Shown piece after piece: positions 26,325 to 41,150 of a DNA stretch of 64,000 nt (within the stretch, counting starts at the first letter, position 1; each line of letters opens with the position of its first letter). The translations under genes and the position numbers were made by a program. Source of the DNA: Octopus vulgaris. Its lineage: Eukaryota. The DNA is taken from NCBI GenBank assembly GCA_951406725.2, contig OX597840.1:18104001-18168000 (forward strand), written 5' to 3'. Below the pieces are notes generated by a model, which was given only the letters and a program-made list of their open reading frames with translations, did not search any database and was not told the origin of the DNA.

Positions 26325-26615
26325 CCAGATGTGCAATGTCGATGCACATGTGCAACAGAGTGCTAGTGCATTGAGAGAAAAGTTAGGCACAGAAGGAATG
26401 AGATGCACTGGTTTGGTCGTGTGATGTCTATGGATGCAGACAGTTGCATTGCATACAGAAGTGGCAACCATGTAAGTGGAAGGAATTTGTGGAAGAGGGA
26501 AACCCAGGAAAACATGGGGTGAAGTACTGAAGGGTGATATCGAGACAGTGAGCCTTACGAGGGAGATGACAAAGGACCGAGATATGTGGTGCATTGCTGT
26601 ACTGGAGAAGACCTG
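26325..26615 (+). mobile_element. Degraded RTE LINE C-terminal fragment
   Basis: Similar to 13815-14120 (tgtggaagagggaaacccaggaaaacatgg; atgacaaaggaccgagat). Confidence 0.7.
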
Positions 26616-27343
26616 TCCTCCACAGCAGAATCGATACCAATGGCTCAGTGGTTAGAGTGTTGGACTAACAATCAAGAGACGGGAGTTCGGTTACTGGAAA
26701 GGGTTGTGTGTCATGTCCTTGAGCAAGACACTTTATTTCACATTGCTCCAGTTAACTGTAGAAATGAGTGGCGATGTCACTGGTGCCAAGCTGTTTACCT
26801 TTCCCTTGGCCCTTGGATAACATCAATGGTGTGAAGAGGGGAAGCTGGAATGCATGGGCGACTGCAGGGCTGCCTTAAAAAACAATCTTGCCTGAACTTG
26901 TGCCTTGGAGGGTAACTTTCTAGGTGCAATTCGATGGTCATTCATGACCAAAGGGTGTCTCTACCCTTTGCCCTTTACTGATGCTACATAAAAATCACTC
27001 GTGCTAGTGTCACACTGAAAGCACTGGTGCTACTGCCATAATGACTGAAACAAGCAATAGATAAGACACTTAGGTGAAAAACTTAATCTTGTTGAGTGAA
27101 AGGATAAGTTTCAATGTAACTGAATCTCATCAGTGCGAAATAGTTAAAGCCTGGCTAAAAATAGATGGATGCAATGAATACAGTAATATTCTTGCATGGT
27201 TTTATAATATGGTATTTATTTTCTTTCCTTTTCCCTCTTGTGAGTAATTCTGTGATATGATGTTGGTGTTGCTGCTGTATTATGTTTGATAATTCAGAGT
27301 TACCTTATATATTACTACTTATGTTAGCATATATGCATACATA

Positions 27344-27388
<45 letters not shown>

Positions 27389-27588
27389 TCACAAATGTGT
27401 TTGTGTGTGTCTAATAATAATAACTATATAATAATATATCATAATAATGATATATATATACTCCAGTTAAAGCAACATTATCTAAACAATTGATCGAAAA
27501 AGTGATGAGCTAACTCAGGCTAACATATCAATGCTAACATGGCTCCTTGTGCATCCAACTGAGCCAGACACTCACCCATAAATTTACA

Positions 27589-27632
<44 letters not shown>

Positions 27633-28275
27633 GATGGGCCCGCCCATCAATGACAATGTAAGAGCATTCAGCTTTTTGCCGAATGACCTGCTAAAATGAT
27701 TTGTTTATAGTGATCAAATGAATGAAGCCACAGATCAACTCACTTATCTGAACAGGTGCACAGTGTAAGATGCGTCAGGTGTCGAAGTGATTACAGAGTA
27801 ACGTGAGATGAAGTGCTTTGCTCAAGAACACAACACAGCATCTGGTCGAGGAATTGAAACCACAATCTCGAGATTGTGAGTACAATCCCCTAACCACTAG
27901 GCCATGGGCCCTCACATATATACATATGTATATATAGATATACATACCTATATATATATATATATATATAATTGTGAGTGGATTTGGTAGACAGAAACTG
28001 AAAGAAGTCCATTTTACATGTGTGTGAGTGTGCATTTCTCCCTCATCACTTCCACACAACACAGCTGGTGATGGTGTGTCTGCATCCCTCTAACTTAGCA
28101 GTTCAGCAAAAGACACCAACAGAATAAGTACCAGGTTTAATAAAAGAAAAAAAACGAGAGAAACAATTTCCGGGGTCAATTCATTGAACTAAGATTTTTC
28201 GAAGTGGTGCCCCAGCATGGCCGCAGTCTAATTACTGAAACTAGTAAAAGATAAAAGATATATATATAAACACAC

Positions 28276-28383
<108 letters not shown>

Positions 28384-28384
28384 G

Positions 28385-28417
<33 letters not shown>

Positions 28418-28896
28418 GTATGTATGTATGCATGTATGCATGTATGTATGTATTTATTTATGCATACATATGTATATATATGCATATACGTATGTATATA
28501 ATGTAGCATTCTATAAGGTTTTTTTTTTTACCTGAATCTTATTTAACAAATAAGGTAAATGTAGGAAGGTAAATATGCACACATACACACACACACAACC
28601 TACTAGACTTACACATATACCTCCACCACCACCACCACCCCAGACACACATCTGTCTGTCTTAGAGCTCTCATCTTCCTCAAATATTAATTACAAACGAA
28701 TTCCCAAAGTGAAGAGGCAGGAAGATGAAGAAAAGAGGAAGAGGAAGAGGGAAGAAGGAAGAAGAGGAGGAGGGGAAGGAGGAAGGAAGAAGAGGAGAGA
28801 AAAGGGAAGAACAAATAGAAGCAGAAGAGGAGGGGAGGAAGAAGAACGGAAAGAAAAGAAAACTGATGTGATTACTATTGCATCATCATCATCATT

Positions 28897-28927
<31 letters not shown>

Positions 28928-29316
28928 TTATTATTATTATTTTTATTTTTATTATTATTATTATTATTACTACATAATTCGTAGCTATTATGTTAAACTG
29001 TTGTATGTCCAAATCTGTTTTGTTTCTTTCAATATTTATTTTTGCTTGCCATAGCCGGTTCTTTCGGTCAAACTATCGTATATCCAGCTGCTTCAGATGC
29101 CAAGATATCAAAGTTTGCCAAAGTGTAGTACAACGGTTTTGCCGTGGAATGGTGAAACTAGAAAAGAAAAAAGCAACCTTTTGGACTTACGACACTTTTG
29201 CATAATAGCAACGATATGTAATTTGACTGAGCAAATTGACATCCGATCTAACCAAGAGCAAACATATCGTTAGGTGTGCGCCGAGTGCGGATATGTAACG
29301 TATATCATCTATATGC

Positions 29317-29722
29317 AGGCAGAATCGTTAGCACGCCGGGCGAAATGCTTTGTGGTATTTCGTCTGCCGCTACGTTCTGAGTTCAAATTCCGCTGAGGTC
29401 GACTTTGCCTTTCATCCTTTCGGGGTCGATTAAATAAGTACCAGTTACGCACTGGAGTCGATCTAGTCTACTTAATCCGTTTGTCTGTCCTTGTTTGTCC
29501 CCTCTGTGTTTAGCCCCTTGTGTGTAGTAAAGAAATAGGTATTTCGTCTGCCGTTGCGTTCTAAGTTCAAATTCCGCCGAGGTCGACGTTGCCTTTCATC
29601 TTTTGGAGGTCGATTAAATAAGTACCAGTTATGCACTGGGGTCGATGTAATCGACTTAATCCCTTTGTTTGGCCTTGTTTGTCCCCTCTGTGTTTAGCCC
29701 CCCTGTGGGCAATAAAGAAATA
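29317..29722 (+). mobile_element. tRNA-derived SINE family 2, partly dimeric (many copies, e.g. 7690-8320 minus, 10188-10420, 16606-16810, 18430-18920 minus, 42490-42712, 57550-57780 minus)
   Basis: ggcagaa.cgttagcacgccgggcgaaatgc ... gagttcaaattccgccgaggtcgactttgcctttcatcctttcggggtcga..aa..aagtacc (Nin/Deu-like central block, tentative). Confidence 0.85.
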
Positions 29723-30815
29723 AGTATATGATATAACGTATTATGTACACATATACGTATGTATGATCACCTAATATGTAATAGAATAGACAGGAAACTC
29801 TAGCCGAGAGCTGTCTTATCAAATACCCCCACCGCACCCGAGGTACTTAAATCCTGTTACCATAAATATTTCACATTTTACCAGGTTTTATTCATGCCTT
29901 ATTTATAAATAGTTTCAAAATATAAAAATCGAAAAAGAACAAATATTTAGAAAAGTATTTAGTAAAAGTGGGAAAGTGGAAGTTTTGCACCCCACTCTCT
30001 CTTTTATTCTTTTACTCGTTTCAGTCATTTGACTACGGTCATGCTGGAGCACCGCCTTTTAGTCGAGCAAATCTACCCCAGGACTTATTCTTTGGAAACC
30101 TAGTACTTATTCTATCGGGTCTCTTTTGCCGAACCGCTACGTTACGGGGACGTAAACACACCAACACTGGTTGTCAAGCGGTGGTAGGGAACAGAGAAAT
30201 ACACATACAGATATATAAATACGACGGGTTTCTTTCAGTCTCCGTCTACCAAATCCGCTCACAAAGCTTTAGTCGGCCCAAGGTGTCACGCAGTGGAACA
30301 GAACCCGGAACCACACAGCCACGCCTGCACCTATCCTGCATAACGTTCTTGTACTTTTGGCTTTCGTTGCCCTCTTTGATTGACTTATATGTCTACGTTC
30401 TGTCCTCTCTCCAAACCTTTTTCAACAAGATGTAAATACAGCTGTGCACTGCTGTGTATATATATTAAGCTCCGAACTGGAAGGATTATTAAAGCATCGG
30501 CATATAATAATTCTGCTTTGAGGTATTTTTATCCCGACCCTAAACATTCCGAGTTCAAATCCTGTCGCGGTCAACTATGCCTTTTATTTTTTCAGTGTCA
30601 TTACCAGTCAACTACAGGAGTTATCGACTTAAATCTTTCCTCTCAAAATAGTTGGCCTTGGTAGTGCCTAAATCAGAAACCGAGTTCAAATCCTGCCAGA
30701 AACAAATTTGCCTTTTCGGGTCGATGTCACATCCCTCCCCTCAAAAACTGCTGGCCCTGTGTCAAAATCTGAAACTATTATAATTATCATCATTGAAATC
30801 TGAATAATTAAATGC

Positions 30816-30889
<74 letters not shown>

Positions 30890-31378
30890 GAGGGATCGCG
30901 GGTTCGAATCTCAGACCGGGCGATGTGTGTGTTTATGAGCGAAACACCTGAGCTCCACGCGGCTCCCGCAGAAGGTAATGGCGAACTTCTGCTGACTCTT
31001 TCCTTCTGCATCTTGCAACTCACCTGCGACGGACCGGCGTCCCGTCCAGGTGGGGAACCTATACGCCAAGGAAACCGGCTCGAGAAGGAACAAACAAAAC
31101 ATATAGATATTATATATACACATATATAATATATATATATATTTAATATAGGATAATGTTACATATATATATATATTATCCGAAATGCATAGTATTAAAT
31201 ATCCATCACGGCTGGTTCTACCAACTGGTTTCGCGTATATATATATATATATATATACACACAGACACACATACACGCGCGCGCACACACATACACACAC
31301 CTCTAAACTTTACATTGCTTCTAGGAAAACACTGGCGTTCCCATTTAAAGAATTTCTGAGGCAACCTGAAGCACTCAC

Positions 31379-31565
31379 GGAATTATCGCGAGACTGAACC
31401 GTTATAGCACAGCCAAGCAGCACCACCGCCACCATCACCACACCTGAATATCACCTGATAAATGGCTATGACGAAACCCTAACGAAGTCAACAACCTTCC
31501 TTGTCAGCGACTCAGTTCACTCAAATAATACAGGTTTAATGACGTAATTTATTTCCAACTTCCGG
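31379..31565 (-). promoter_or_regulatory. Candidate promoter plus non-coding first exon
   Basis: Unique CpG-containing region; ETS motif CCGGAAGT (31558-31565, minus), TGACGTAA (31540-31547), donor CC|gtgagt at 31378. Confidence 0.3.
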
Positions 31566-33316
31566 TATTCCATTATCTTATTGCAATCCCCTAAATACAA
31601 AGTATCTTAGTAGAATTGTAGGCTCCCGAACAAATCAATGCATTCAGGCCTATCGACAGCAAACCACAGCATACATAGATTGGAAATTAGGGATCTTTAC
31701 ATCTGTCGGTCAAAAGGTAAAGATCCGAAATGAGACCTATGAAGCTCACAGGCAATTGCCCTTAAAACGGTCCTTGCCTAGAGATGCAGTAACCACTGCC
31801 TCCACCATCACAAACCACAGCATTAAGGACGTGTGGCGGAGCAAATGAGTCACTACTTCTTGTCCCTGGACAATTAATTCCACTGGCTTCAAAATATAAG
31901 GTATATATATTCTGGCTGGGTTAATTTTAATAATTACCGTGTTTCAATAGCATAAAAAAGCGCACGTGCCTACAAGACGGGCGTACCCCAATTTCACCAG
32001 CACATTTAGCAAAACGAGTTTTTACCGCATTAAAAAGCATGTGATATTTGAAGAAATCTAGCAGCACATTACAAAAGTACCTTTGCCTTTAGCAGAAAGC
32101 ACTGCTGTTTAATAATGATGTTTAAGTAAATATTATTATAGAGTTAAGCTAGGTCAGAAACCGTTTAGATTAAAATTAGACTATTGTAGTGAACGTCATG
32201 GCTGAAATTAATTTATGGAAGGCTGAACTTTGTATACAGGACCCGGGGTGATGTTTTGAGACTTTCTCTTTTGTTTTTTATCGATGGCTTGTTGCCAACT
32301 TAATGTGGCAGTCCCAGGGAAGAGACTGCATAACTCTGAGAGATTTAGAAATGTAATACTTTTTTTTTTATTGTTTGAAAAATAAAGTGAATTTTATATG
32401 CTATCAAACAGAAATGTCGGTACGAAATTTGTTTTAGAGAGTAAAAAAACAAAGCTCCAAATTTGTTTTTACGAACAAGGACGATTTTTTTCGATCTTAA
32501 CAATTACAGGCATAATAATGCTTGCAGATGAGGCGACGAGCTGGCAGTATCGTTATCCCGCCGGACAAAGTGCTTAACATCCGTCTTTATATTCTGAGTT
32601 CAAATTCCGCTGAGGTCGAGGTACTATGAAATAAGTACCAGTTGAGCAGTGGGGTCGATGTAATCGAGTTACCCCGTCCCCCGTGCACCCCTATTCCCTA
32701 GCCAACGCCATCGAATACGTAAGATTTATATATCGCTGTGGTTAGCAAAGCAACTCATGGTTTTGCTTAATAAGAACGAACACGCCAGAACATTATTCAA
32801 TAGGATCGTCTCTTAATGCACAGATCGATCAACAACAGCTTGTCCTTTTTCATTGTGAAAAAAAATTATGAAATATATCGAACAGCTATAATCGACAAAC
32901 ATTAAAAGAGACACACCTTAGATTCATTAAAATAAAGAAAGAGAGACGATATTCAGCACAGGAAGGGTTGTGTCACACACTATGACCTCAAAAACGTGCG
33001 CGCGGCACTAAGAGTGTTAAGCGAAGTAGAATGCAGTTCGGTTTCACTTCAAAACGTTAGAAGCCGAACAAAGAACCTTCTATGCAGTAATTTTTCCTGC
33101 TAGAAATACCAGCCTGATCGCCCTCAAAACAGTTATGTAGGGATTTGACGGAGATTTAGCTTCTATCCCTAGCATATCTAGTAACCATATACAATTGCTC
33201 TCTTTGGCTTGTTTGTCTTTCGTAAGAAGGTGACAAAAAAAAACATTGTGTAAGTTTAAAACACTTTTGTAATACAAGGGACACGTTTTATCTTTGATAT
33301 CTATCTATCTATCCAT

Positions 33317-33397
<81 letters not shown>

Positions 33398-33705
33398 CCT
33401 ACCTAGTGTGTGTGTGGTACGTTGCAAGTTTTCTTTGTGTTCATAACAGGTTTTCTTTTTCAAGGTATAAACGTTAGGTAGACAGGTGTAAATTCTGTTG
33501 GGAACTACAATAATTTAATATTTCCATGCTAGCATGCGTGTTTGCGTTAACGTGAATTACCTGTCTTCATACACTTCCGTCTGTAAAGTACATGTATTAC
33601 ATATCTACCTATCGAGACACGAGTACGTAATGTATGTGATATATACATCACGTACTCGTATCTAAATAGACAGACATGCAGGTAGACAGAGACAGACAGA
33701 CAGAC

Positions 33706-33754
<49 letters not shown>

Positions 33755-33934
33755 TGTACACAGACACACACACACCTGTACGTTGCTTACTTCCAGGTCA
33801 GCTCGTCCTAAATCGATCTATCATGATCGAAGATATATTGTGCTTTTATATATATTATATTATATATACCGGAGTAAGCACATAAAATTGAAACAAGGTG
33901 GAAAAAAGAGTACTCAAATACCAGCGGTAGAGTA

Positions 33935-34095
33935 ATATGCTTTATTTAAAAGCGGCAGAAATTTAACAAAAGCTGTTACTCAGAATTTCACGTACCCGTT
34001 CATCGGACAGTCTTGTTTAACAAAACTACCCGACGAACGGGAACGTGAAACTCTGAGTAACAGCTTTTGTTATATTTCTGCTGCTTTTAAATAAA

Positions 34096-34101
<6 letters not shown>
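33935..34101. mobile_element. Fold-back element (arms about 80 bp) between TA tracts
   Basis: ctttatttaaaagcggcagaaat... pairs with ...atttctgctgcttttaaataaag. Confidence 0.8.
33973..34063. ncRNA. Pair of opposed minimal hammerhead-like motifs (33973-34010 minus, 34026-34063 plus), CCGANGA variant
   Basis: Minus: ctgt-CCGATGA-acg ggta cgt-GAAAT-tctga-GTA-acag. Plus: ctac-CCGACGA-acg ggaa cgt-GAAAC-tctga-GTA-acag. Each has a different lesion, but their consensus folds fully. Confidence 0.5.
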
Positions 34102-34142
<41 letters not shown>

Positions 34143-34305
34143 TCCTGGTTAGTTTGGTGACATAGTAATATTTAACTAATATTTTAGCGGGGTTTCCGCG
34201 CGGCATTTTTTTCCTTTCCCTAAAAGTTTGCTCGTCTCCAGTTTTGTACCTCTTGTCTGCCCCCATTAGGTCCTGATAGCTATTCCAAAACCCCGCCAAT
34301 CTTTT

Positions 34306-34337
<32 letters not shown>

Positions 34338-35141
34338 TACCAAGGAAACCTTGACGTGGCCGTCCTAAGAGATTGTGAAGAAGCACAGCAACACGTATAG
34401 CGTACCAAACTATAAACGAAGTTCATATACGGCTTCTGTGATAACAGACAATAGGTCCCGAGGTTCAAATTATAACGGGGTCATCTCGATTGATAATATT
34501 CTGCACTAAACAATATCAGTCAATAGTCAATCCTATTGTGAACAGAACACGCTGTCTCTATGAAGTCATTCGAGCAGCTAGAAATAACAACCAAATCGCC
34601 AGGCAAAAGAAACTTAGTTTCTGTGGAAAAGAAAAAGGTGAGATTAGATAATAATTTTGTATTTGATATTTTTAGAAGATGGGATGGTCACGGCTAGAAC
34701 GCCGATAAAAGCTGATCTGGGGCTACAATTGCAATATATTCTACAGTATTAAAAAAAATTGTATGAAAATAAAGGAAAGATTACCAAGTTGGGAGGATGA
34801 GTAATCGACTTGGATGATGCACCGAATTAAATATACACCCACACGTGAGCGTGTATATCATGGTGTATGTACGTGTATGCGTAAGAGTTTATGTATGTGT
34901 ACGTGACCGTTTTTATGTGTGTATGCATGGGTAGATGTGTGTATATCTGTATGTACGTGTGTATACATGATCTTACGTACATACCTGCATTAATGTGCTT
35001 TTATGTCTAAATACATGTATGTGTATGCATGTATGTATTTGAGGTGTATCTATGCATATGAGTGCGTATATATGTGTGTGTATGTACTAGATACTCAGAA
35101 AAGGCATCAACAGATAGGAATTTATCTATACAAACATATAT

Positions 35142-35180
<39 letters not shown>

Positions 35181-35257
35181 TGCATGTACGTAATATTATG
35201 TGTATGCGCGTGTCTCTCTTTCTCTCTATATATATATGTGTGTGTTTGTGTGTATAC

Positions 35258-35296
<39 letters not shown>

Positions 35297-35623
35297 TGTG
35301 TGTGTGTATGTATATATATATATATTGTATACACATACATAAACCCGGGTATAGCCATTGGTGCCACCCAATCGCTCGACTATATTTTCATGTATGTATG
35401 TATAAGCCCGTACGGTTGTGTGTATTTCTACAAATCGTCTCGCACCACCCTATCCGCCAGTAGTGACCGGATAGCTCGATCACGAACGACCAACTCTGCT
35501 CTCATAAAAATAGACTGCGTTGAACAGCAGCAAGAAAAGTATTTACACGGACACCAAACACACATACTACATACATAAACATATATATTCATGTGTGCAT
35601 ACATTCATACATACAAATCTCTG

Positions 35624-35681
<58 letters not shown>

Positions 35682-36165
35682 AGCAATTTGCAGTGTTTCA
35701 CCAAAAAGGAAAATTATATTTGGATATTTGTCACTAAATGTGGCTAGGTGTCAAGAAACACCTACATTGCTAGAAACAAGAGCTAAAAAGCTATATACAT
35801 ATACATACATACACACACACACACATACATACATACATACATACATACATACATACATACATACATACATACATACATACATACACACACACATACATAC
35901 ATAAATACATACATACATACATACGTGCACACATACATATACACGGATAGACGAGGAAGAAATAATATACACACACATTACGTATATATGCGTAATACAT
36001 AAACAGTAATGATAATATCAAAATCTTTCCTATTCAACAAAACACACAAATACATCAAATCACACTAAAATAACCCCTTAATTTAGCTCCTATACACTCC
36101 CTTCTCTTGTATACACCCAAAATATCTATATATATATCGCTGTATATAATAATAAATCTATCTAC

Positions 36166-36202
36166 CTTTAGTCGGCGGCGGTACTTGCTCCACGGCTGTC
36201 AT
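36166..36202 (-). CDS. Candidate first coding mini-exon of the wolframin-like gene (MTAVEQVPPPTK+G)
   Basis: Unique CpG-rich sequence. ATG at 36202, donor AAG|gtagat in phase 1, in frame with the phase-1 exon at 7539. No homology support. Confidence 0.25.
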
Positions 36203-36565
36203 AGTGCGGCATTTAAACAGCACAACCACTGTCTGTCGGCCTGGCTGTCTGTCCGTCAGTCACGCAACTCTGGTTAGACGAGTCGCTTCTCAGCGAATGT
36301 TTATTTTGACGGGGGTGGATACCTAAACAGGGGAGGTAACTCTAAACCTATTTGTGTGTGAGTGTGTGTGTGTACTCTTTTACTTGTTTCAGGCATTTGA
36401 CTGCGGCCATGCTGGAGCACCGCCCTTTTTAGTCGAGCCAATCGACTTCGGGACTTATTCTTTTGTAAGCCCAGTACTTATTCTATCGGTCTCTTTTGCC
36501 GAACCGCTAAGTAGTGGGGACATAAACACACCAGCATCGGTTGTCAGGCAATGGTAGGGGGACAA

Positions 36566-36599
<34 letters not shown>

Positions 36600-36770
36600 T
36601 CTTATTCGTTCCCATCGGGCTTCTTTTCAGTTTCCGTCTAGCAAATCCACTCACAAGGCTTTGGTTGGTTTGAGGCTATAGTAGAAGACATTTGCCCAAT
36701 ATGCCACGCAGTGGGACTGAACCCGGAACCATGTGGTTGGTAAGCAAGCTACTTCAGTTTGTATTTTTTT

Positions 36771-36811
<41 letters not shown>

Positions 36812-38371
36812 CGACGGGCTTCTTTCAGTTTCTATCTACGAAATCCACTCTCACAAGGCTTTGATCAGCCTGAGGCTATAGTAGAAGACACTTGCCCAAG
36901 GTGCCACGCAGTGGGACTGAACCCGGAACCATGTGGTTGGTAAGCAAGCTACTTACAACCACAGCCATCTAATTCTTTTATATGTTTCAGCCGAAAGTCT
37001 GTGGTCATGCTGGAGCACCACCAGTATAATAATATATTTTTCAAATTTTGACACAAGGCCAGCAATTTCGGGGGTGGGTGGAGGTAGGGGGTGGTGCTTA
37101 GTCGATTACATCGATCACTGTGTTCAACTGGTTATTTTATTGACCCTTGAAAGCATGAAAGGCAAATTCGACCTCGACCGGAATTTGAACTCCGGACGTA
37201 AAGATGGACGAAATGCCGCCAAGCACTCTTCCTCGGTGTGCGAACGATTCCGCCGCCGCCGCGCGGGCGTGGTTGTGTGCTGGAAAGCTTGGGAAAGTCC
37301 TTCGGAAATGGTCTAAGAAAAAAAGTGAAGCTATTTGTTCGGCAATTTCCGTATAAATTTTTTCTTTATTTCCTTAATGTTTATTTTTTGCAGCTGAAAA
37401 GGGAAAAACACGATCGCACTCATACGCATAGACACACACACATATACACACACTCACACACACACACACATTCATTGTCTTTCATTTGCACGAGCGACTT
37501 GAACAGTGGCACACGCCAACCCACACTCACACACACACAGATACATATACATACGTAAATATACATGCATATATACTTTCACGAATCGCTTGCATATGTA
37601 TGTCTGTCTGTATGTATGTATGTATGTAGCGTGGAGGCGCGTGGCTTAGTGGTTAAGGCGTTGAACTCATGATCGTAAGGTTGTGGCTTCGATTCCTGGA
37701 CTGGGCGACAAGTTGTGTTCTTGAGCAAAACACTTCATTTCACATTGCTCCAGTCCACTCAGCTGGCAAAAATTAGTAATGCTCCGACGGACCGGCGTCC
37801 CGTCCAGGTGGGGAATTTCTACGCCACTGAAACCGGGAAACCGGCCCTTATGAGCCTGGCATGACTTGAGAAGGAACATTTATTTATTTTTAATTATGTA
37901 TGTTTGTCTGTATGCATGTATGAATGGATGGATGGATGGATGGATGGACGGAGGGATGGATGGATGTGCGTATGTTATATGTATGCATGTATGTATGTAT
38001 GTATGTATGTATGCATGTATGTATGTATGTATGTATGTATGTATGTATGTATGTATGTATGTATGTGTGTATGTATGTATAGATGGATGGATGTCTGCAT
38101 GCTTGTATGGATGGATGGATGGAGAAAGAGAGAGAGAGGTCTGTGTGTAAGCTGGAAAAGAAACTAAAGAAATAAAAATGTTTTATGGAACTTGCCGAAC
38201 AAATGGTTTCACTTCTCTTAGACCATTTCCGAATGATTGCCAAAGTTTTGCTTTCAGCCACACAATTCTGGGTTCTGTCCCACTGCGTGACATTTTATGT
38301 GAGTTTCTTCTACTTTTTGAACCAAAGCTTTGTAAATGGATTTGACAGACGGAAGTGAAAGAAGCCCGTCA

Positions 38372-38409
<38 letters not shown>

Positions 38410-38710
38410 CACACGCACACACACACACACACACATATATATATTGCTTTCTTCCAAGGAATCTAATGCTCTTAGCTTAGTTTTTCCTTGGAGCTGGCCA
38501 GATTGGAGCAATCTCGAGTATAATCAGCCGAAATTGCAAAGATAATCTGGAACTCGACTGAGGAAAGAAAACTCCGAATGACCCGTCCTTGTTTTCTTTG
38601 TATTGTTTATCTGGATGTTTTGTTGTCTCATTTTTGTATCACTTAACTGTGCGGATGTTTTGCGTTCTTGTCCCATTTTGTCTCTCTATCAAAACTACAA
38701 CCATAATAAC

Positions 38711-38775
<65 letters not shown>

Positions 38776-38782
38776 TGTATGT

Positions 38783-39020
38783 ATAAAGTTAAGAAAGAGA
38801 GAAACAAATTCAAAAGGTCGACACTCATATTCACTCAAGCCATCCCAAATTGTCGAAACTCTCCACAACGTACACTTAGATGCGCTCTTATGAACTTTTA
38901 CCATGTCTGATATATGTGAGCGCATCTGTGTATGTTGTGGAGAGTTTCGACATTTTGGGATGGATTGAATGAATAAGAATGTCGACCTTTGGAATATGTT
39001 TCTCTCTTTCTTAAGTTTAT
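38783..39020. repeat. Fold-back element (arms about 105 bp) between microsatellites
   Basis: ataaagttaagaaagagagaaac...gatgcgctc pairs with gagcgcatc...gtttctctctttcttaagtttat. Confidence 0.8.
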
Positions 39021-39063
39021 ATTCCTGAAGCTCTATTAGAGCGCTAATTAGTTATACTTCTTC

Positions 39064-39117
<54 letters not shown>

Positions 39118-39664
39118 GAAAAATACACATTTGTGTACAGGACAACACCAACGAGTGAAAAATACGTAAACACACGAGAGATACGTTCAGGACAAAATAA
39201 CAAAAACACGCATTAAGTACAGGACATAACCCGGATATGACCATCACCTACGTCTCATCAGGTCACTCGCTTAGGCAGACATTTAAGTCGGGAGTCCCAG
39301 TTTTATACCAAATTAGTTCATTTAAGAGAAAGAAAGAAAAAAAGAAAGGAAGGAAGAAAGAAACCTAATAAAAGAAATATATACCCGTTCGTTGCTTATA
39401 ATAGAATTTGGTTCATAATAAGTTTATTGTTTCCAACGCTAACATCGTTTGACTGTATTCAGTTTGTAACATATTAACCTTGTGTTGTGTATTTTATTAT
39501 TTTAGTTTTGGAGTGAGCTGTGGCTGATTTAAAATTTAAATGACTGTCTGCGGTGTTCTGTGCTGCAAACAAAAGGTAGAAAATGGTTTAGGAGTAAGCG
39601 AGGCGAGAGAATTATGTGCACGTGTATATGCGTGTGCCAGTGTTCACACACACATACACACACT

Positions 39665-39728
<64 letters not shown>

Positions 39729-39909
39729 GTAGTGGTTGTGTGGTAAGAAACTTGCTTCTCAGCCTCATGGTTCCTGGTTCAGTCCCACAGCGTGTCATCT
39801 TGGGCAAGTGACTTCTATTATATCCTCGGGTCGACCAAAGCCTGGTGAGTGGACTTGGTAGGCGGAAACTGAAAGAAGCCTGTTGTACATACATACATAC
39901 ATACATAAA

Positions 39910-39960
<51 letters not shown>

Positions 39961-40268
39961 CTCTTTACTTGTTTCAGTCATTTGACTGCGGCCATGCTGG
40001 AGCACCGCCTTTAGTCGACAAATCGACCCCGGGACTTATTCTTTGTAAGCCCAATACTTATTCTATCGGTCTCTTTTGCCGAACCGGTAAGTGACGGGGA
40101 CGTAAACACACCAGCATCGGTTGTCAAGCAATGCTAGGGGGACAAACACAGACACACACTTGCCCAAGATGCCACGCAGTGGGACTGAACCCGTAACCAT
40201 GTGGTTGGTTAGCAAGCTACTTACCACACAGCCACTCCTGCGCCTAGATAGATAGATAGATAGGTAGG

Positions 40269-40336
<68 letters not shown>

Positions 40337-40519
40337 AAGATAGGTAGGTAGTGGCTGTGTGGTAAGAAACTTGCTTCTCAGCCTCATGGTTCCCGGTTCA
40401 GTCCCACAGCGTGTCATCTTGGGCAAGTGTCTTCTACTATATCCTCGGGTCGACCAAATCCTGGTGAGTGGACTTGGTAGGTGGAAACTGAAAGAAGCCT
40501 GTTGTATATACATACATAC

Positions 40520-40571
<52 letters not shown>

Positions 40572-40576
40572 CACAC

Positions 40577-41150
40577 AAGTATACAAGCGGTTCGGACGTT
40601 TCCAGGAGGGCCGAAAAAATGTCGATATCGACGAACGTTCTGGGAGACCTGCAACCAGTAGAACTGAGAAAAACATCGCAGATATGCATGTAGCTGTGAG
40701 AGGAAATCGTCGAATCACCATCTGTGAGTTATCAGAGGATGTGCAGATTATTTACGGTTCAGTCCATTATCACTGAAGATTTGGGTATGAGACGCGTGTC
40801 TGCCAAGTTTGTGCCAGAACTGTTTTCAGCTGACCGGAAAGACACTCGGGTTTTAGTTACACAAGATCCCTTTGACTATGTTGAGAACGTTGAAAACTTT
40901 TTGAAAACTTTGCGTAGGCTTCTGAGCAGATATCACCAAGCTTTTGGCAAAATTTGATGCAGAATCTCTGCTCAACTTTCTGTCATGGTCAATGCGATGA
41001 TCGCACGCTACATACCTTCCTTCCAAGCACTGCGGTAAACAGGGGGAGTGAGCTAGATCGTTAAAACTTAGTGCGCATGCATAGCGGTTTCATTCTGCGT
41101 GCTTTAGCTTCGTTACTATGGCAACAGCCCGGATACTTATTGATCAGACC
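40577..41150 (+). mobile_element. Mariner transposase N-terminal relic
   Basis: RFQEGRKNVDIDERSGRPATS...NRRITICELSED, then IITEDLGMRRVSAKFVP (WVPHEL-like motif). Confidence 0.8.

Noticed and set aside
27100-27140. CTGATGA...GAAAC on the minus strand (also the remnants at 38548 and 39225-39265)
   Set aside because: No stem III or NUH site, or the GAAA box is missing; too degenerate to call.
28709-28984. Charged plus poly-Leu ORF resembling a membrane protein
   Set aside because: A GA-rich low-complexity tract joined to (TTA)n.
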